From: Patescibacteria group bacterium
GTDB lineage: Bacteria > Patescibacteriota > Kazan-3B-28 > UBA10110
Reading direction: 5' to 3'
Assembly: GCA_043802665.1 (NCBI GenBank)
Contig: JAZDKW010000010.1
Location: forward strand, 4,024-68,023
Length of the DNA stretch: 64,000 bases
Positions within the stretch are counted from its first letter, which is position 1. The number at the start of each line of letters is the position of its first letter. Both the position numbers and the translations under genes were made by a program. Shown here piece by piece: positions 39,566-49,784 of this stretch. The notes below the pieces were generated by a model. It was not told where the DNA came from. It worked only from the letters and a program-made list of their open reading frames with translations, and did no database searches.

Positions 39566-40986
39566 TAGGTTGCGTGATTAAGATTATTCTGCTGACAAAG
39601 TAAAGCAATAATACCAACACTCAAAAATAGTATAAGCCGCCCTTGTTGTAAAGTCCAAAGATAATGATCAAATGAACCTGTTAGCAAAACTGCTAAATAC
39701 GACACCGCGGCAGTAAAACTAACCAAGTCCTTGCGGATAATAACAAGGCGGATTACTGCCAATGCGGCGATTAAAACCACTAACAAGAACAAAATCCCTC
39801 CTATCCAACCCAATTCTGCTAACGCCATAAGCCAAAGATTATGCACTGGTTGATAATCCCAAACTTGGTGGCTCAAATTGTACACCCAGCCCGGCGAAGT
39901 TTGGTCATAATGCCAACCTACCGCCCCCAAATCTTGTTTTTCTAAATACAACGTGTATTGGCCAATCCCTATCCCTGTAAGGGCGTACTTATCATAAACG
40001 GATTTAAATTGGTCCAACTGTTCTACGCGAGAAACAACTGACTCTCTTTCTAAGGCAATTTGGTCCGTACCAAGACGGGATAATATCGCTGTATATTGAT
40101 TAATCATCACGGCCAAAACTACTCCGCCAGCCAACCAACTCAACCAGCTCCAGCGCCAATGGCGAGAATAAAAGAACTTTCCTACCCCCCAAACAATCAC
40201 CGCCACTCCAACCGCCAACCAAGCCGTACGGGAAAAACTAAACAAAATAGCCGTCGCCCCTGCTACTAATACCGCCCAGACTACCCAACGCCGCCACCAA
40301 GACTTTATTACTATGTACATCATCAATACCCATGGGAAAATAGCGGCTAAATACCCCCCTAAAATATTAGCGTGTGGCAGAGTGCCATGTGCCCGTAGAT
40401 GGCGCGCTCCATCAATCATCACCACTGGAATACCCAATACTGCCGGGTCTAAATCGGATTCTCCTAAAAACTTCCAGCCCAAGGAATGGTTAGCTAAATA
40501 CTGGCTAATGGCTATACCTGCTTGCAAAGCCATCCCCGCTATCAACGGTACGATCACCTCATAAATATGTTCTACCCGATTAACCAAATACAAATAAAAC
40601 AGATAGAACAGAGTGAAATGTGCGGCATTATTGATTCCCACTAGCCAATTGCCCGTGGTAAAACTCGTATACCATACTGACACCCACATCCAGGCAATTA
40701 AACCACTTAGCGACCAGAAAAGAACACGAGGCCCTATTTTAAATTCGGATTTTCCTGGGATTATCAACCAAGTAAGCAACAATGCCCCGATTAAGATATC
40801 CGACAAATAAATACTGATAGAGGCATATTCAAAAAATTCCCCTTGGTGTTCAGCGAATAAAAGCGTATGCCGCAACTGCCACGGTATTGCTACCAAGGTC
40901 AGCCACAACAGATATTTATTTATTCTTGCTAATGAGATCATGAATAGTTTGCTCCACCGCGTCGCGCACCAGGGACCGCCGATCAT
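39565..40986 (-). CDS. O-antigen ligase/polymerase (Wzy_C)-like polytopic membrane protein.
   Basis: About 12 TM helices and a large periplasmic loop; the call is tentative. Confidence 0.4.
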   Translation of the reverse strand: MIGGPWCATRWSKLFMISLARINKYLLWLTLVAIPWQLRHTLLFAEHQGEFFEYASISIYLSDILIGALLLTWLIIPGKSEFKIGPRVLFWSLSGLIAWMWVSVWYTSFTTGNWLVGINNAAHFTLFYLFYLYLVNRVEHIYEVIVPLIAGMALQAGIAISQYLANHSLGWKFLGESDLDPAVLGIPVVMIDGARHLRAHGTLPHANILGGYLAAIFPWVLMMYIVIKSWWRRWVVWAVLVAGATAILFSFSRTAWLAVGVAVIVWGVGKFFYSRHWRWSWLSWLAGGVVLAVMINQYTAILSRLGTDQIALERESVVSRVEQLDQFKSVYDKYALTGIGIGQYTLYLEKQDLGAVGWHYDQTSPGWVYNLSHQVWDYQPVHNLWLMALAELGWIGGILFLLVVLIAALAVIRLVIIRKDLVSFTAAVSYLAVLLTGSFDHYLWTLQQGRLILFLSVGIIALLCQQNNLNHAT

Positions 40987-41827
40987 TAAAGTGCAATTTA
41001 ATTATATCCCGAGTCGTAACCACACTGGGATTTACTCCCAATCTCTTAACATTTTCTTCAATAATCCTGCGCTGTTTATAATAAGCCCAGGTTTCTAATT
41101 GATTGCCTATTTGGTAGACCAAAATCTTTTCTATAATGCGCCGCCACAAAGACGGTCGCAAATAACGATAAACTTTTAATTTTGGACTTCGCCAAGCTAA
41201 AGGCAAGTCCTGGTTAAACCAACTATTATCCGCCCGAAATTGCCGATGTTCCCCGTCCGGCCAAATTGGGACAAGATCAGCTAACCAATACGATAAATAG
41301 TAATCATGCTCTATGGCAAGGTTGTGAATTGACAAGGATTTCTCGCTGATAAAAAACTCTGGCGAGAACTTGGCAAATCGCTTTAAGCTCCGAACACGTA
41401 ATTTTAATAAGTTCAAGATCAGCAACAAAAATAACCGCGCCGTCCAGGTACGACCAGCGGCAGTAATAATTAATAAATCTATATCACTATTGCTATGGGC
41501 ATTGTCGTAAGCTAAAGTATTGCTAACATAGACCTGCTTGATAAACGGTATATAAGAAAACAGTCCCCGCCACTTTTTTACCTGTGACCAGAGCTGATGG
41601 GCCAACACAGCAGAAGTAAATCTATCGCCAGTCATTCCTCGCCAACTTAGCCAGCCAGATTCGGAACGGATCTGCGGAATTTCCTTCAAGCTGGATATTA
41701 ATTCTTCCTCGGTCAAATCCCGCCGCCATAAATACCGCCTAAGCTCTCTTAAAGACAAAGGAAATCTAAACCAACCAAAGAAAATTAACGGCACCAGGAT
41801 TGATTTTTTTACCTCACGACTGATCAT
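40916..41827 (-). CDS. Nucleotidyltransferase-domain protein (hypothetical).
   Basis: …AHSNSDIDLLIIT… resembles the GS-x(n)-DxD NTase motif. Confidence 0.35.
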   Translation of the reverse strand: MISREVKKSILVPLIFFGWFRFPLSLRELRRYLWRRDLTEEELISSLKEIPQIRSESGWLSWRGMTGDRFTSAVLAHQLWSQVKKWRGLFSYIPFIKQVYVSNTLAYDNAHSNSDIDLLIITAAGRTWTARLFLLLILNLLKLRVRSLKRFAKFSPEFFISEKSLSIHNLAIEHDYYLSYWLADLVPIWPDGEHRQFRADNSWFNQDLPLAWRSPKLKVYRYLRPSLWRRIIEKILVYQIGNQLETWAYYKQRRIIEENVKRLGVNPSVVTTRDIIKLHFNDRRSLVRDAVEQTIHDLISKNK

Positions 41828-41903
41828 ATCTCGACAACTTACCTTATAGTATACCTCACTTTCAGGTTACCTCAGGGCCAAAACTGTGCTAATTTAGTGA
41901 TAT

Positions 41904-42887
41904 ATGGAAAAGATAGTTTTTAGCGGCATCCAGCCTTCGGGCATCCTGCATTTGGGCAATTATTTCGGCGCGATCAAACAATGGGTCGCCCTACAAAATG
42001 ATTACCAGTGCTATTTTTGCATTGTTGATCTGCACGCCATTACCGTCACTCAGGATCCCCAGCAACTCCGAGAACAAATTAAGCAGGTGGCTATGGTTTA
42101 TTTGGCGGCAGGGTTAGACCCTAAAAAAGTTACGATGTTCGTTCAGTCCAGCGTACCCGCTCATAGCGAGGGAGCCTGGTTGCTAAACAATGTCGCCTAT
42201 ATGGGCGAGCTGACGCGCATGACTCAATTCAAAGAAAAGAAAGCTGATCAAACCAACGTGTCAGTCGGTCTGTTCGACTACCCTATATTGATGGCGGCTG
42301 ATATCCTACTCTATGATACTAATTTAGTCCCGGTCGGCGAAGACCAGAAACAACACGTGGAATTAGCTCGTGACCTGGCTACGCGGTTTAATGGTCGCTT
42401 CGGTCCGACCTTTACTGTACCCGAACCGCTCCTGCCCAAAATGGGAGCCCGTATTATGGGGTTAGACAACCCCACTATTAAAATGAGTAAGTCTGCCTCC
42501 AGCGAAGCTAACTACATTGCTCTCACTGATACTCCCGATTCAGCCAAGAAAAAAATTATGCGAGCGGTTACCGATTCTGGTAGCAAGATAAAATTCGATC
42601 CTAAGACTAAGCCTGCTATTTCTAACCTGCTAACTATTTATACGCTACTCACTGATAAACCTATTTCTGAATTAGAAAAAAGATATGTCGGCAAGAATTA
42701 CAGCGATTTTAAACAAGACTTGGCCACAGTGGTAGCAGATTTCCTGGCCGATTTTCAAACTAAGCTTGCTAAACAAGATCCTCGCGACGTACAAAACATT
42801 TTAGTGGCTGGGGCTCAAGCCGCCAGCCAAGTTGCTAATCAAAAAATCAGCCTTCTCCACCAAAAAATGGGCTTGGGGATTAAATAA
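41904..42887 (+). CDS. trpS: Tryptophanyl-tRNA synthetase.
   Basis: GIQPSGILHLGNYFG (HIGH-like) and KMSKS. Confidence 0.92.
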   Translation: MEKIVFSGIQPSGILHLGNYFGAIKQWVALQNDYQCYFCIVDLHAITVTQDPQQLREQIKQVAMVYLAAGLDPKKVTMFVQSSVPAHSEGAWLLNNVAYMGELTRMTQFKEKKADQTNVSVGLFDYPILMAADILLYDTNLVPVGEDQKQHVELARDLATRFNGRFGPTFTVPEPLLPKMGARIMGLDNPTIKMSKSASSEANYIALTDTPDSAKKKIMRAVTDSGSKIKFDPKTKPAISNLLTIYTLLTDKPISELEKRYVGKNYSDFKQDLATVVADFLADFQTKLAKQDPRDVQNILVAGAQAASQVANQKISLLHQKMGLGIK

Positions 42888-42948
42888 ATTAATAGTATTA
42901 CTTGGTTTTTAATGCCGCCTGGTTTCTTTTGGTCGCCTCATTTTCCAG

Positions 42949-42977
42949 TTGACAAAATACAAAAAATGTAGTATAAT
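42949..42977 (+). promoter_or_regulatory. Consensus sigma-70 promoter.
   Basis: TTGACA, 17 nt, TATAAT, upstream of 43010. Confidence 0.5.
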
Positions 42978-43009
42978 AAAAGATAATCCCCCCTTAAAAC
43001 CAAAACAAA

Positions 43010-43705
43010 ATGACCTCTAAGTCCACTAACCAATTCCGACAAGTCGCTTTGGGACTAATCAGCCTTACTATTATTGTATTGGGGTTGGTTTACAACCAAA
43101 CCATCTCCCAATCAAAAGCAGAAATGCCAGGAATTACCAGTAGCACCCCCGTGTTAGATATACCTGTCATTAATAATATTATTAACTCTATTATCAACAA
43201 CCCCTCTATCACTACCAATGTAACCCCAGACACTTCTACCACTCCCGACTTGCCTGATCAAAATGAAATAACCCCCCCCTCTGAGGTTGTTATCCCTCCT
43301 GGCACTACAATTACTCTGCCTGACGCCATTGACCAACTCATAGCATCCTTGGATTGGTTAAATCAATTTATTGTTACGCCTTATATTGTTACTTTTGCTC
43401 AGAGCACCTTAGAGATTGCTTTGCCCGAACAACCAAATCTTAGTTTGCCAACAGAACCAACAACCGGCGGGGATTTGCCTTCCGTCGCCCCCACTTCCCC
43501 TGCTCCTGCTGTCTCTATCCCCACATCATCGCCCACCACTTCGGAGGTACCTTCTAATGAAGTTTTGGAGATAATTAAACGCATCACTGGATATGCTCAA
43601 TGGGAGGAGTTCCGTGACAACTTCCGTGAAGCTCAACAAAAATATGCCGGCACCGGGAAATGCATGATTGAGGTTAAAGGATTCGGCTGTTTGGTAACTT
43701 GGTAA
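43010..43705 (+). CDS. Secreted Pro/Thr/Ser-rich protein (hypothetical).
   Basis: N-terminal TM or signal; low-complexity PT-rich core. Confidence 0.4.
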   Translation: MTSKSTNQFRQVALGLISLTIIVLGLVYNQTISQSKAEMPGITSSTPVLDIPVINNIINSIINNPSITTNVTPDTSTTPDLPDQNEITPPSEVVIPPGTTITLPDAIDQLIASLDWLNQFIVTPYIVTFAQSTLEIALPEQPNLSLPTEPTTGGDLPSVAPTSPAPAVSIPTSSPTTSEVPSNEVLEIIKRITGYAQWEEFRDNFREAQQKYAGTGKCMIEVKGFGCLVTW

Positions 43706-43711
43706 ATCAAG

Positions 43712-44419
43712 TTACGCCTTAGCTAAAACTAAGCCCCAGACCTCACGGGCTCCTTTGGTTTTGAGTACTTTAGCACATTCGTTCAGAGTTGCCCCTGTGG
43801 TGATGACATCATCCACTAATAATATAGTTTGGCCGACCACATCATTGGAGTACCGCGCCAACACGTCAAAAGCTCCTGCCAAGTTATCCTGGCGAGCTGA
43901 ACGCCCCAAGCCAAACTGCGGCCGAGTGGATTTTTTTCGAACCAAGAATCGTTTTAGCGGCAAGTTTAATTGACTGGCAACCTCTTGAGCTAATAAATCG
44001 GATTGGTTAAATCCTCTATCCCACAATCTCCCTCGATGCAGAGGCACTGGAAGCACTAATATAGCTTTATCTACTCCGGCCAAGCGAGCATTATTCGCTA
44101 AAAGCTGGCCTAAACTTTTGGCAATGGGCTTAGCTCGATAATATTTTAACCCATAAATGAGCTGTTTGAGCGGTGACTGCCAATAACCACAAACAATAAC
44201 CCGACTCAAAGACAAATTATGCCGGCAGGTCGGACAAATTTTAAACCCATCCGATAAGCGTCGGCACCGATAGCAAATCGGGGTAATAATTAATTCGATT
44301 TTGTTCCAACACTCCGGGCAAACCCAATTACCAAAGCGCTGGCAATGTAAGCACCGAGGCGGAAAAATAAGATCCCAGAATCTATCGATTATCGCCGGTT
44401 GATTAGCTGACTCCGACAT
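43712..44419 (-). CDS. comF: ComF-family phosphoribosyltransferase-like protein.
   Basis: N-terminal Cys4 zinc finger; C-terminal PRTase motif LLVDDVITTGATL. Confidence 0.7.
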   Translation of the reverse strand: MSESANQPAIIDRFWDLIFPPRCLHCQRFGNWVCPECWNKIELIITPICYRCRRLSDGFKICPTCRHNLSLSRVIVCGYWQSPLKQLIYGLKYYRAKPIAKSLGQLLANNARLAGVDKAILVLPVPLHRGRLWDRGFNQSDLLAQEVASQLNLPLKRFLVRKKSTRPQFGLGRSARQDNLAGAFDVLARYSNDVVGQTILLVDDVITTGATLNECAKVLKTKGAREVWGLVLAKA

Positions 44420-46757
44420 TTACCCCTGTATAAAAATACTTCAGAATTTGGTCATAAGTTTGGCCCTGGCTCGCCATATTATAAGCACTCCATTGCGGTA
44501 AACCAACACCATGCCCCCAGCCTTTGCCAGTAGCCAAAAACGTAGGAGCATAATCCATTCCCGATTTAGTAATCGTTAAATTGGCACTCTTAACGTAACC
44601 CGTATCAATTAGAGCCTCAAACGTGGCCGTACTAATTGAAGTTTGCTTACCAGTACTTGTCACAATGGTCAGAGTCTTTAATCTTCCGGAAGGATATCTC
44701 TCGTTAATTAAAAGATCGGTGATGGTTTCGGAAACGGCGCCAATTTTGTTGAGAGTCCCCCCAAAAACATCGCGCAGATAGCTTTGGCTCAAAGTAGCCT
44801 CCCAAGTAATCGGTTTGGCATAAGGATCAGAAACTCCTTTCAAATATGGAAGAGCTTTAGCAGGGTTGCCATTGCTCCAAGCATTCTCAACATTCTCGGT
44901 GGACCCACCGCTATCCGAGAAATAATAGGCCGAGATCGGTTCACCATTATAAGTAATGATGACTCCGGGCGTGGCCGCGACAGCCTCAGCGATGCCAGGA
45001 CGATTAATTTCATAAGTATAACCGTAGTACACCTGATCGCGAGTATCGTCGTAAAGATGGAAAATGTCGGCTCGCGAATCGCGCATCCGCCGCGCGGCAA
45101 AGGTGCGAGCGGCCACCACTTGAGCTTTGCGCGCTTCCAGCGGCCAACTATCCGGAACCTCGGCTAAACCTTTAAGATAATCTTCTAATTCCAGCTCGTT
45201 TACCATCCAAACGTTATTACTCCAAGATGAGCGGCGAATAGTGACCACTCCCCGAAACCGATCATACTGATTACTTACCTTTTCATTGGTTACTTCAATA
45301 ATAGAATTGCGCAAAGGAATAAAGCGCACCCAATCGCTGACATCGTAAACCGCTCCGCCTACATTAATAATATAGCCGCCTGAACGGGGGGTTACCGTAG
45401 CACTGGTGCCAGCATTAATCCGCACCACCAAAGTTTTATCTGTTCCTCGCCGCACTACCATACCATTATTACTTTGTATGCTGATGTTAGTGGTAGTGGA
45501 ACTTAACCCTACCTGAATCGGATTTTTTAGCACCAGCTCCTCGCTTACAGTAATGTCCCAATAGATACCTATATCGGTGAACCATGTAACTTGCTCAGCT
45601 ACTAACCGGAAATATTCTTTATGCTGACCGATTTGATCCGGAGCTTTAATAGTGAAGCTAAAGCGGCCAATCTCGCCAGGATTAACCACCTTATCAGATA
45701 CTGCCGCACGATTGGGACTCAACCAGGTTGAACTATAAAAATCGCTGGCTCGATCCAAAGTTCGAGCTGTACCCAACTTAACGGCCCTGTCCCCAGTAAT
45801 GGGCCAAACCGTGTTGCCATCATTGCGTAAATCTACCCAGATAGTGGTCTCTTCACCTGGAGTAACAATTGAACTTTCAGACTGATTAACCCAACTCATT
45901 TTGTAGATTGCTGGTTGTACGGTAATAGCCAAAGTAAATTGGGTTGAATCAATCCAAGCCATTCCCTCGGCCACCAAAGAAAACTTTTCCTGATATACTC
46001 CGGTTTTATTCGGTGCGGCAATGGTAAAATCGAACGTCGCTGTTCCCCCCACTGCCGTTGGTGCAGCCGCTACAGCTACCCGATTAGCACTGAGCCAAGT
46101 CGTATTATAAAAACTACTGGAACGATCATAAAGACCAGCTGTGCCAAGTTTTACGGCTTGCGCTCCTGCATTGCTCCATGCAATTTCACTGTTATTAGTA
46201 ACTTTTACACTAACTGTCTTACTTTCTCCGGTTTTAAGAACAATAGCAGGAGGAGTTTCTACTAAAGTACCAGCAAACTTAACAGGCAAAATATTAACTT
46301 CTACATAAAATTTAAATTCATCGAACCAAGCCACGTTTTCGGCCACCAAACTAAAATATTCGCGGTACTTCCCCGCCGGCCCTCCGGCAGTGATCTGGAA
46401 AACAAAATGACCTGTTTCTCCTGGTGCTACTTGTTCCGCAACAGCAGAAGCAATGCGATTTTCGCTTAACCAAGAACTGTGATAAAAATTGCTTTGCCGG
46501 TCACGTGGGTTGATAGTAGCGATTTTAACCGCCTGGTTACCATTATTAAGCCAAGCCGCTGTACCTGTATTTTGGATATCCACCCAAACTTCGGTGCTTT
46601 CGCCTTGTTTTAGCGACACCCCCTCTAATTGATTAATCCATTTAGCCGCATAAGCTGAACCGGCCAGAACATTCGGGCATGGCAAAAGAGAGCCGCCAAA
46701 TAATAAAACTGCTCCTGCCACCATAACCAACCGTTGATAGAATCTAACTCTTTTCAC
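44403..46757 (-). CDS. Secreted protein with four roughly 110-aa repeats (WxxNxGxxxW…NPRDRxSxFYxSxWLSxNR…PGExGxFxF) and a C-terminal SpoIID/LytB domain.
   Basis: Signal peptide; repeats visible by eye; C-terminal …ARKAQVVAARTFA…SDSGGSTEN…GHGVGLPQWSAYNMA. Confidence 0.65.
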   Translation of the reverse strand: MKRVRFYQRLVMVAGAVLLFGGSLLPCPNVLAGSAYAAKWINQLEGVSLKQGESTEVWVDIQNTGTAAWLNNGNQAVKIATINPRDRQSNFYHSSWLSENRIASAVAEQVAPGETGHFVFQITAGGPAGKYREYFSLVAENVAWFDEFKFYVEVNILPVKFAGTLVETPPAIVLKTGESKTVSVKVTNNSEIAWSNAGAQAVKLGTAGLYDRSSSFYNTTWLSANRVAVAAAPTAVGGTATFDFTIAAPNKTGVYQEKFSLVAEGMAWIDSTQFTLAITVQPAIYKMSWVNQSESSIVTPGEETTIWVDLRNDGNTVWPITGDRAVKLGTARTLDRASDFYSSTWLSPNRAAVSDKVVNPGEIGRFSFTIKAPDQIGQHKEYFRLVAEQVTWFTDIGIYWDITVSEELVLKNPIQVGLSSTTTNISIQSNNGMVVRRGTDKTLVVRINAGTSATVTPRSGGYIINVGGAVYDVSDWVRFIPLRNSIIEVTNEKVSNQYDRFRGVVTIRRSSWSNNVWMVNELELEDYLKGLAEVPDSWPLEARKAQVVAARTFAARRMRDSRADIFHLYDDTRDQVYYGYTYEINRPGIAEAVAATPGVIITYNGEPISAYYFSDSGGSTENVENAWSNGNPAKALPYLKGVSDPYAKPITWEATLSQSYLRDVFGGTLNKIGAVSETITDLLINERYPSGRLKTLTIVTSTGKQTSISTATFEALIDTGYVKSANLTITKSGMDYAPTFLATGKGWGHGVGLPQWSAYNMASQGQTYDQILKYFYTGVNVGVS

Positions 46758-46841
46758 AGTACCAATATTATACTAACAACTGCCATCATTACCAAAATAA
46801 GGCCCGCTTAAGTTATAATTTAGACAGGAGCACATAGATTT

Positions 46842-47252
46842 ATGCGACACATCTATCGTCAACAACATTCTTTTTCTCCCACCAATGAAATTCATCCCGA
46901 AACGGATGACTTAGTTTGGAACGAAGAATCACAAATGGAGCTACCAGTAGATATTGCTCGTCAAGCTGACCATCTAATCATTAAGGCACCATTAGTGGGG
47001 GCAAAAAACAGTGATGTCAACATCACCGTAAACAACGATATCCTTTATATTCACAAAACTGGTTCCCCGCCCGAAGAAAAATTAGACAACTATTATGTCA
47101 AGGAGTGTCATTGGGGGCCAATCGCTCGAGAAGTGCAATTGCCTGTTTCCGTTGACCCCAGTGGAGCGCGTGCTTCTCTGCAGGAAGGAATTCTAACTAT
47201 CATCCTTCCTATTATTAATAATCGAAAAACACGGATCATTAAAATCCGCTGA
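46842..47252 (+). CDS. Hsp20/alpha-crystallin small heat-shock protein.
   Basis: Alpha-crystallin-domain features …ASLQEGILTIILP. Confidence 0.8.
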   Translation: MRHIYRQQHSFSPTNEIHPETDDLVWNEESQMELPVDIARQADHLIIKAPLVGAKNSDVNITVNNDILYIHKTGSPPEEKLDNYYVKECHWGPIAREVQLPVSVDPSGARASLQEGILTIILPIINNRKTRIIKIR

Positions 47253-47350
47253 TTCTTTTGGTCTGCCTGCTCAGTATCATAAATGATATACTACAGGTGA
47301 TCTACCTATATTAATATCTTGTCATAATTTTTATAAATGATACGCCATCT

Positions 47351-48715
47351 ATGAATAATTTTAAGTCACATTTACTTCTGTCTTTAATGGCAATTTTACT
47401 GCTCAGCTCTGCCAGTTGTAGCCGATCCGGTTCTCCTGATACCGGGGACGGAGGCACCGTTACCTACCCCAAAGAAGAGATCACTTTGGAATACTACCGC
47501 CTTTGGGATGATGACACTGCTTTGGATGAAATTATCAAAGAATACACCCGGGAACACAAAAATGTGCACATCTCGGTCCATAATATTGCTATGCCAGAAG
47601 GAAAAACTATTTATGACTATCAAAGAGACATCATCAAACAAATCGCTGATGGCGAAGGACCGGATATGTTTATGATCCACAACGATTGGCTACCTTATCA
47701 GATCAACCAAATTTCTCCCCTCCCCAGTAGCATTATGACTTTGGATTCTTACAAACAAAAATATCCCGAGGTGGTTGTTGATGATTTTGTGGCTAACAGC
47801 AAGATTTATGCGGTTCCTTATTATATAGATAACCTGATGTTGTTTTATAACACCGATCTGTTTAGCGATGCCCGCGTCCCCCGCGAAAAAACTCCGCCCA
47901 AGACTTGGAGCGATTTAGTAGATATCGTCCCGGCCCTCACTAAATACGACGCCAACCACAATATCGTCCAATCTGCGATTACTTTAGGAACAGACGATCA
48001 GTGGATTCCCCGTTTTGCCGAAATTCTCGCCACATTGATTATGCAATACGGCGGGACAATGACCACCACCGATCATACTAAAGCCACTTTCGATCTACCG
48101 GTTAACGCCGCTACTCCCTACTACCCGGGTGAAAATGCCTTGAAATTCTACACCGATTTTGCCAACCCCAGTTCACCTCTGTACACCTACTCGGATGCTA
48201 CTGACCCCAGCGGAAAAGCAAAGTTTCCCGGAGACATCCAAGCTTTTATGGAGGGCAAATCGGCTATGTTAATTGGTTACTCTTATCAGGTTAACAACAT
48301 CAAAAAATATTCCGGCGGAGCAGTTCACTTTGCTACCGCTAAACTGCCTCAATGGCGCCCAGAAGAACCAGTAGTTGTTGCCAATTATTGGGGCGAAACT
48401 GTGTCCAAAAATTGCAAATATCCCAATGTGGCCTGGGACTTTATCAACTATGTTTCCCTTAAATCCAATGTCCGTTCCTACCTGAACAATACCGGACATG
48501 TGCCTGCCACTAAAGAGCTCACCGAAACTTACCTAAATAAAAGCTATTTGGCTCCCATCGCCAGCCAAATTAAGTTCAGCAAATCCTGGTACCGAAGCAA
48601 TACTGCCGAAGTAGAAAAAATCTTCGCCAATATGGTGAATAATGTTTTGCATCAAGGCATCCCTGCCAAGACGGCGATTGATGTGGCTGTGCAAGAAATC
48701 AATGCTTTAATTTAA
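47351..48715 (+). CDS. ABC transporter substrate-binding lipoprotein (SBP family 1, sugar-type).
   Basis: Lipobox LLSSASCS; size and motif pattern of family-1 substrate-binding proteins. Confidence 0.7.
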   Translation: MNNFKSHLLLSLMAILLLSSASCSRSGSPDTGDGGTVTYPKEEITLEYYRLWDDDTALDEIIKEYTREHKNVHISVHNIAMPEGKTIYDYQRDIIKQIADGEGPDMFMIHNDWLPYQINQISPLPSSIMTLDSYKQKYPEVVVDDFVANSKIYAVPYYIDNLMLFYNTDLFSDARVPREKTPPKTWSDLVDIVPALTKYDANHNIVQSAITLGTDDQWIPRFAEILATLIMQYGGTMTTTDHTKATFDLPVNAATPYYPGENALKFYTDFANPSSPLYTYSDATDPSGKAKFPGDIQAFMEGKSAMLIGYSYQVNNIKKYSGGAVHFATAKLPQWRPEEPVVVANYWGETVSKNCKYPNVAWDFINYVSLKSNVRSYLNNTGHVPATKELTETYLNKSYLAPIASQIKFSKSWYRSNTAEVEKIFANMVNNVLHQGIPAKTAIDVAVQEINALI

Positions 48716-48730
48716 TAACGCGAAAATATT

Positions 48731-49009
48731 ATGACTGGCTCTGGTTGTGGTACTGACCAAATTTGTTTATTGGTAGAAAACATCAAGGCTGGTTTGGTCA
48801 ACACATATCATTACGCTATGCCAATCGTGGCAATTCTCTTAGTGATTATTGTCATCTGGGCGGGTATTCAATACATCACTGGTGGCCCTAAAGGAGCTGA
48901 GACTGCTAAAAAAACTATTATAGCCGCTGTTATTGGAGCCTTGATTATTATTTTGTCCAAAGTAATTTTGGACCAGGTCGTTGGCTTCATCAACCCGCCA
49001 ACACCATAA
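48731..49009 (+). CDS. VirB2/TrbC-like type IV pilin, paralog 1.
   Basis: Two hydrophobic helices; shared motif IQYITGGPKGAETAKKTIIAAVIGALIIILS with the next ORF. Confidence 0.4.
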   Translation: MTGSGCGTDQICLLVENIKAGLVNTYHYAMPIVAILLVIIVIWAGIQYITGGPKGAETAKKTIIAAVIGALIIILSKVILDQVVGFINPPTP

Positions 49010-49110
49010 AAATTATTCCATTATCTTCCAACATTCTGATTTTAATTGCGTAGTAAATAACAAATATTGTATAATTAAAAAGATATACATAATAAAATTA
49101 TGAGGAAACT

Positions 49111-49458
49111 ATGAAAAAGTTTTATCAGCGCGCTATAACTACCGTAGCAGGTTCTATTTATGCCGTGTTTGCCCTAACTCCCTTCGCCCATGCAGACCTA
49201 CAGGTACCAGATGTAAACCAGTATACAGGATCCTTGGATATATTAGGAATCATTGGAAACGTGGGTACTTGGATGATGGGACTGGCAGGTGTTTTGGCTG
49301 TAGTGTATCTCATCTATGGAGGTATTGTTTATATCACCGGCGGTGCCAAGGCGGCAGAAAGTGCCAAAACTATCATTATTAACTCTATTATCGGGTTGGT
49401 GGTGATTGCATTGTCTTATGTTATATTCACGACTGTATTCGAAGTGCTTGAAATTTAG
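49111..49458 (+). CDS. VirB2/TrbC-like type IV pilin, paralog 2 (with signal peptide).
   Basis: IVYITGGAKAAESAKTIIINSIIGLVVIALS; cleavable N-terminus. Confidence 0.45.
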   Translation: MKKFYQRAITTVAGSIYAVFALTPFAHADLQVPDVNQYTGSLDILGIIGNVGTWMMGLAGVLAVVYLIYGGIVYITGGAKAAESAKTIIINSIIGLVVIALSYVIFTTVFEVLEI

Positions 49459-49478
49459 AATCAATTCGCAATTTAATA

Positions 49479-49505
49479 ATAAAAAACCTCCCAAGGGAGG
49501 TTTTT
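49479..49505. terminator. Bidirectional intrinsic terminator.
   Basis: AAAAAACCTCCCaaGGGAGGTTTTTT. Confidence 0.6.
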
Positions 49506-49543
49506 TATTACCCCCTTCCCAGGGTTCAAATCCTTATATGGTA

Positions 49544-49582
49544 AAGAGAAATAGCAACTTCAAAATGAAGTTGCTATTTCTC
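49544..49582. terminator. 18-bp perfect hairpin immediately 3' of tRNA-Arg.
   Basis: AGAGAAATAGCAACTTCAaaaTGAAGTTGCTATTTCTCT. Confidence 0.5.
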
Positions 49583-49658
49583 TGGCGCGCCCGAGAGGAT
49601 TTGAACCCCTGACCTTTCGGTCCGTAGCCGAACGCTCTATCCCCTGAGCTACGGGCGC
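49583..49658 (-). tRNA. tRNA-Arg (anticodon ACG).
   Basis: Manual fold: GCGCCCG/CGGGCGC acceptor, D-arm GCTC…GAGC, anticodon stem TTCGG/CCGAA with loop CTACGGA, T-arm AGGGGTTCAAATCCTCT, GCCA. Confidence 0.82.
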
Positions 49659-49784
49659 ACTATGTTTCTACTGATAATAGAATACTATATTAGATACGGA
49701 TACTGAACCACGATAAATAATCTGATAGTCCTCCGTAGCTCTATTAAGAGCGAAGGACGGGCGGGCGCATCGCTTTAGTATATC

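Noticed and set aside
49506-49530. T-arm-like GGGTTCAAATCC on the plus strand upstream of tRNA-Arg, as a second tRNA or tmRNA 3' end.
   Set aside because: No acceptor or anticodon arms and no CCA context can be built around it.
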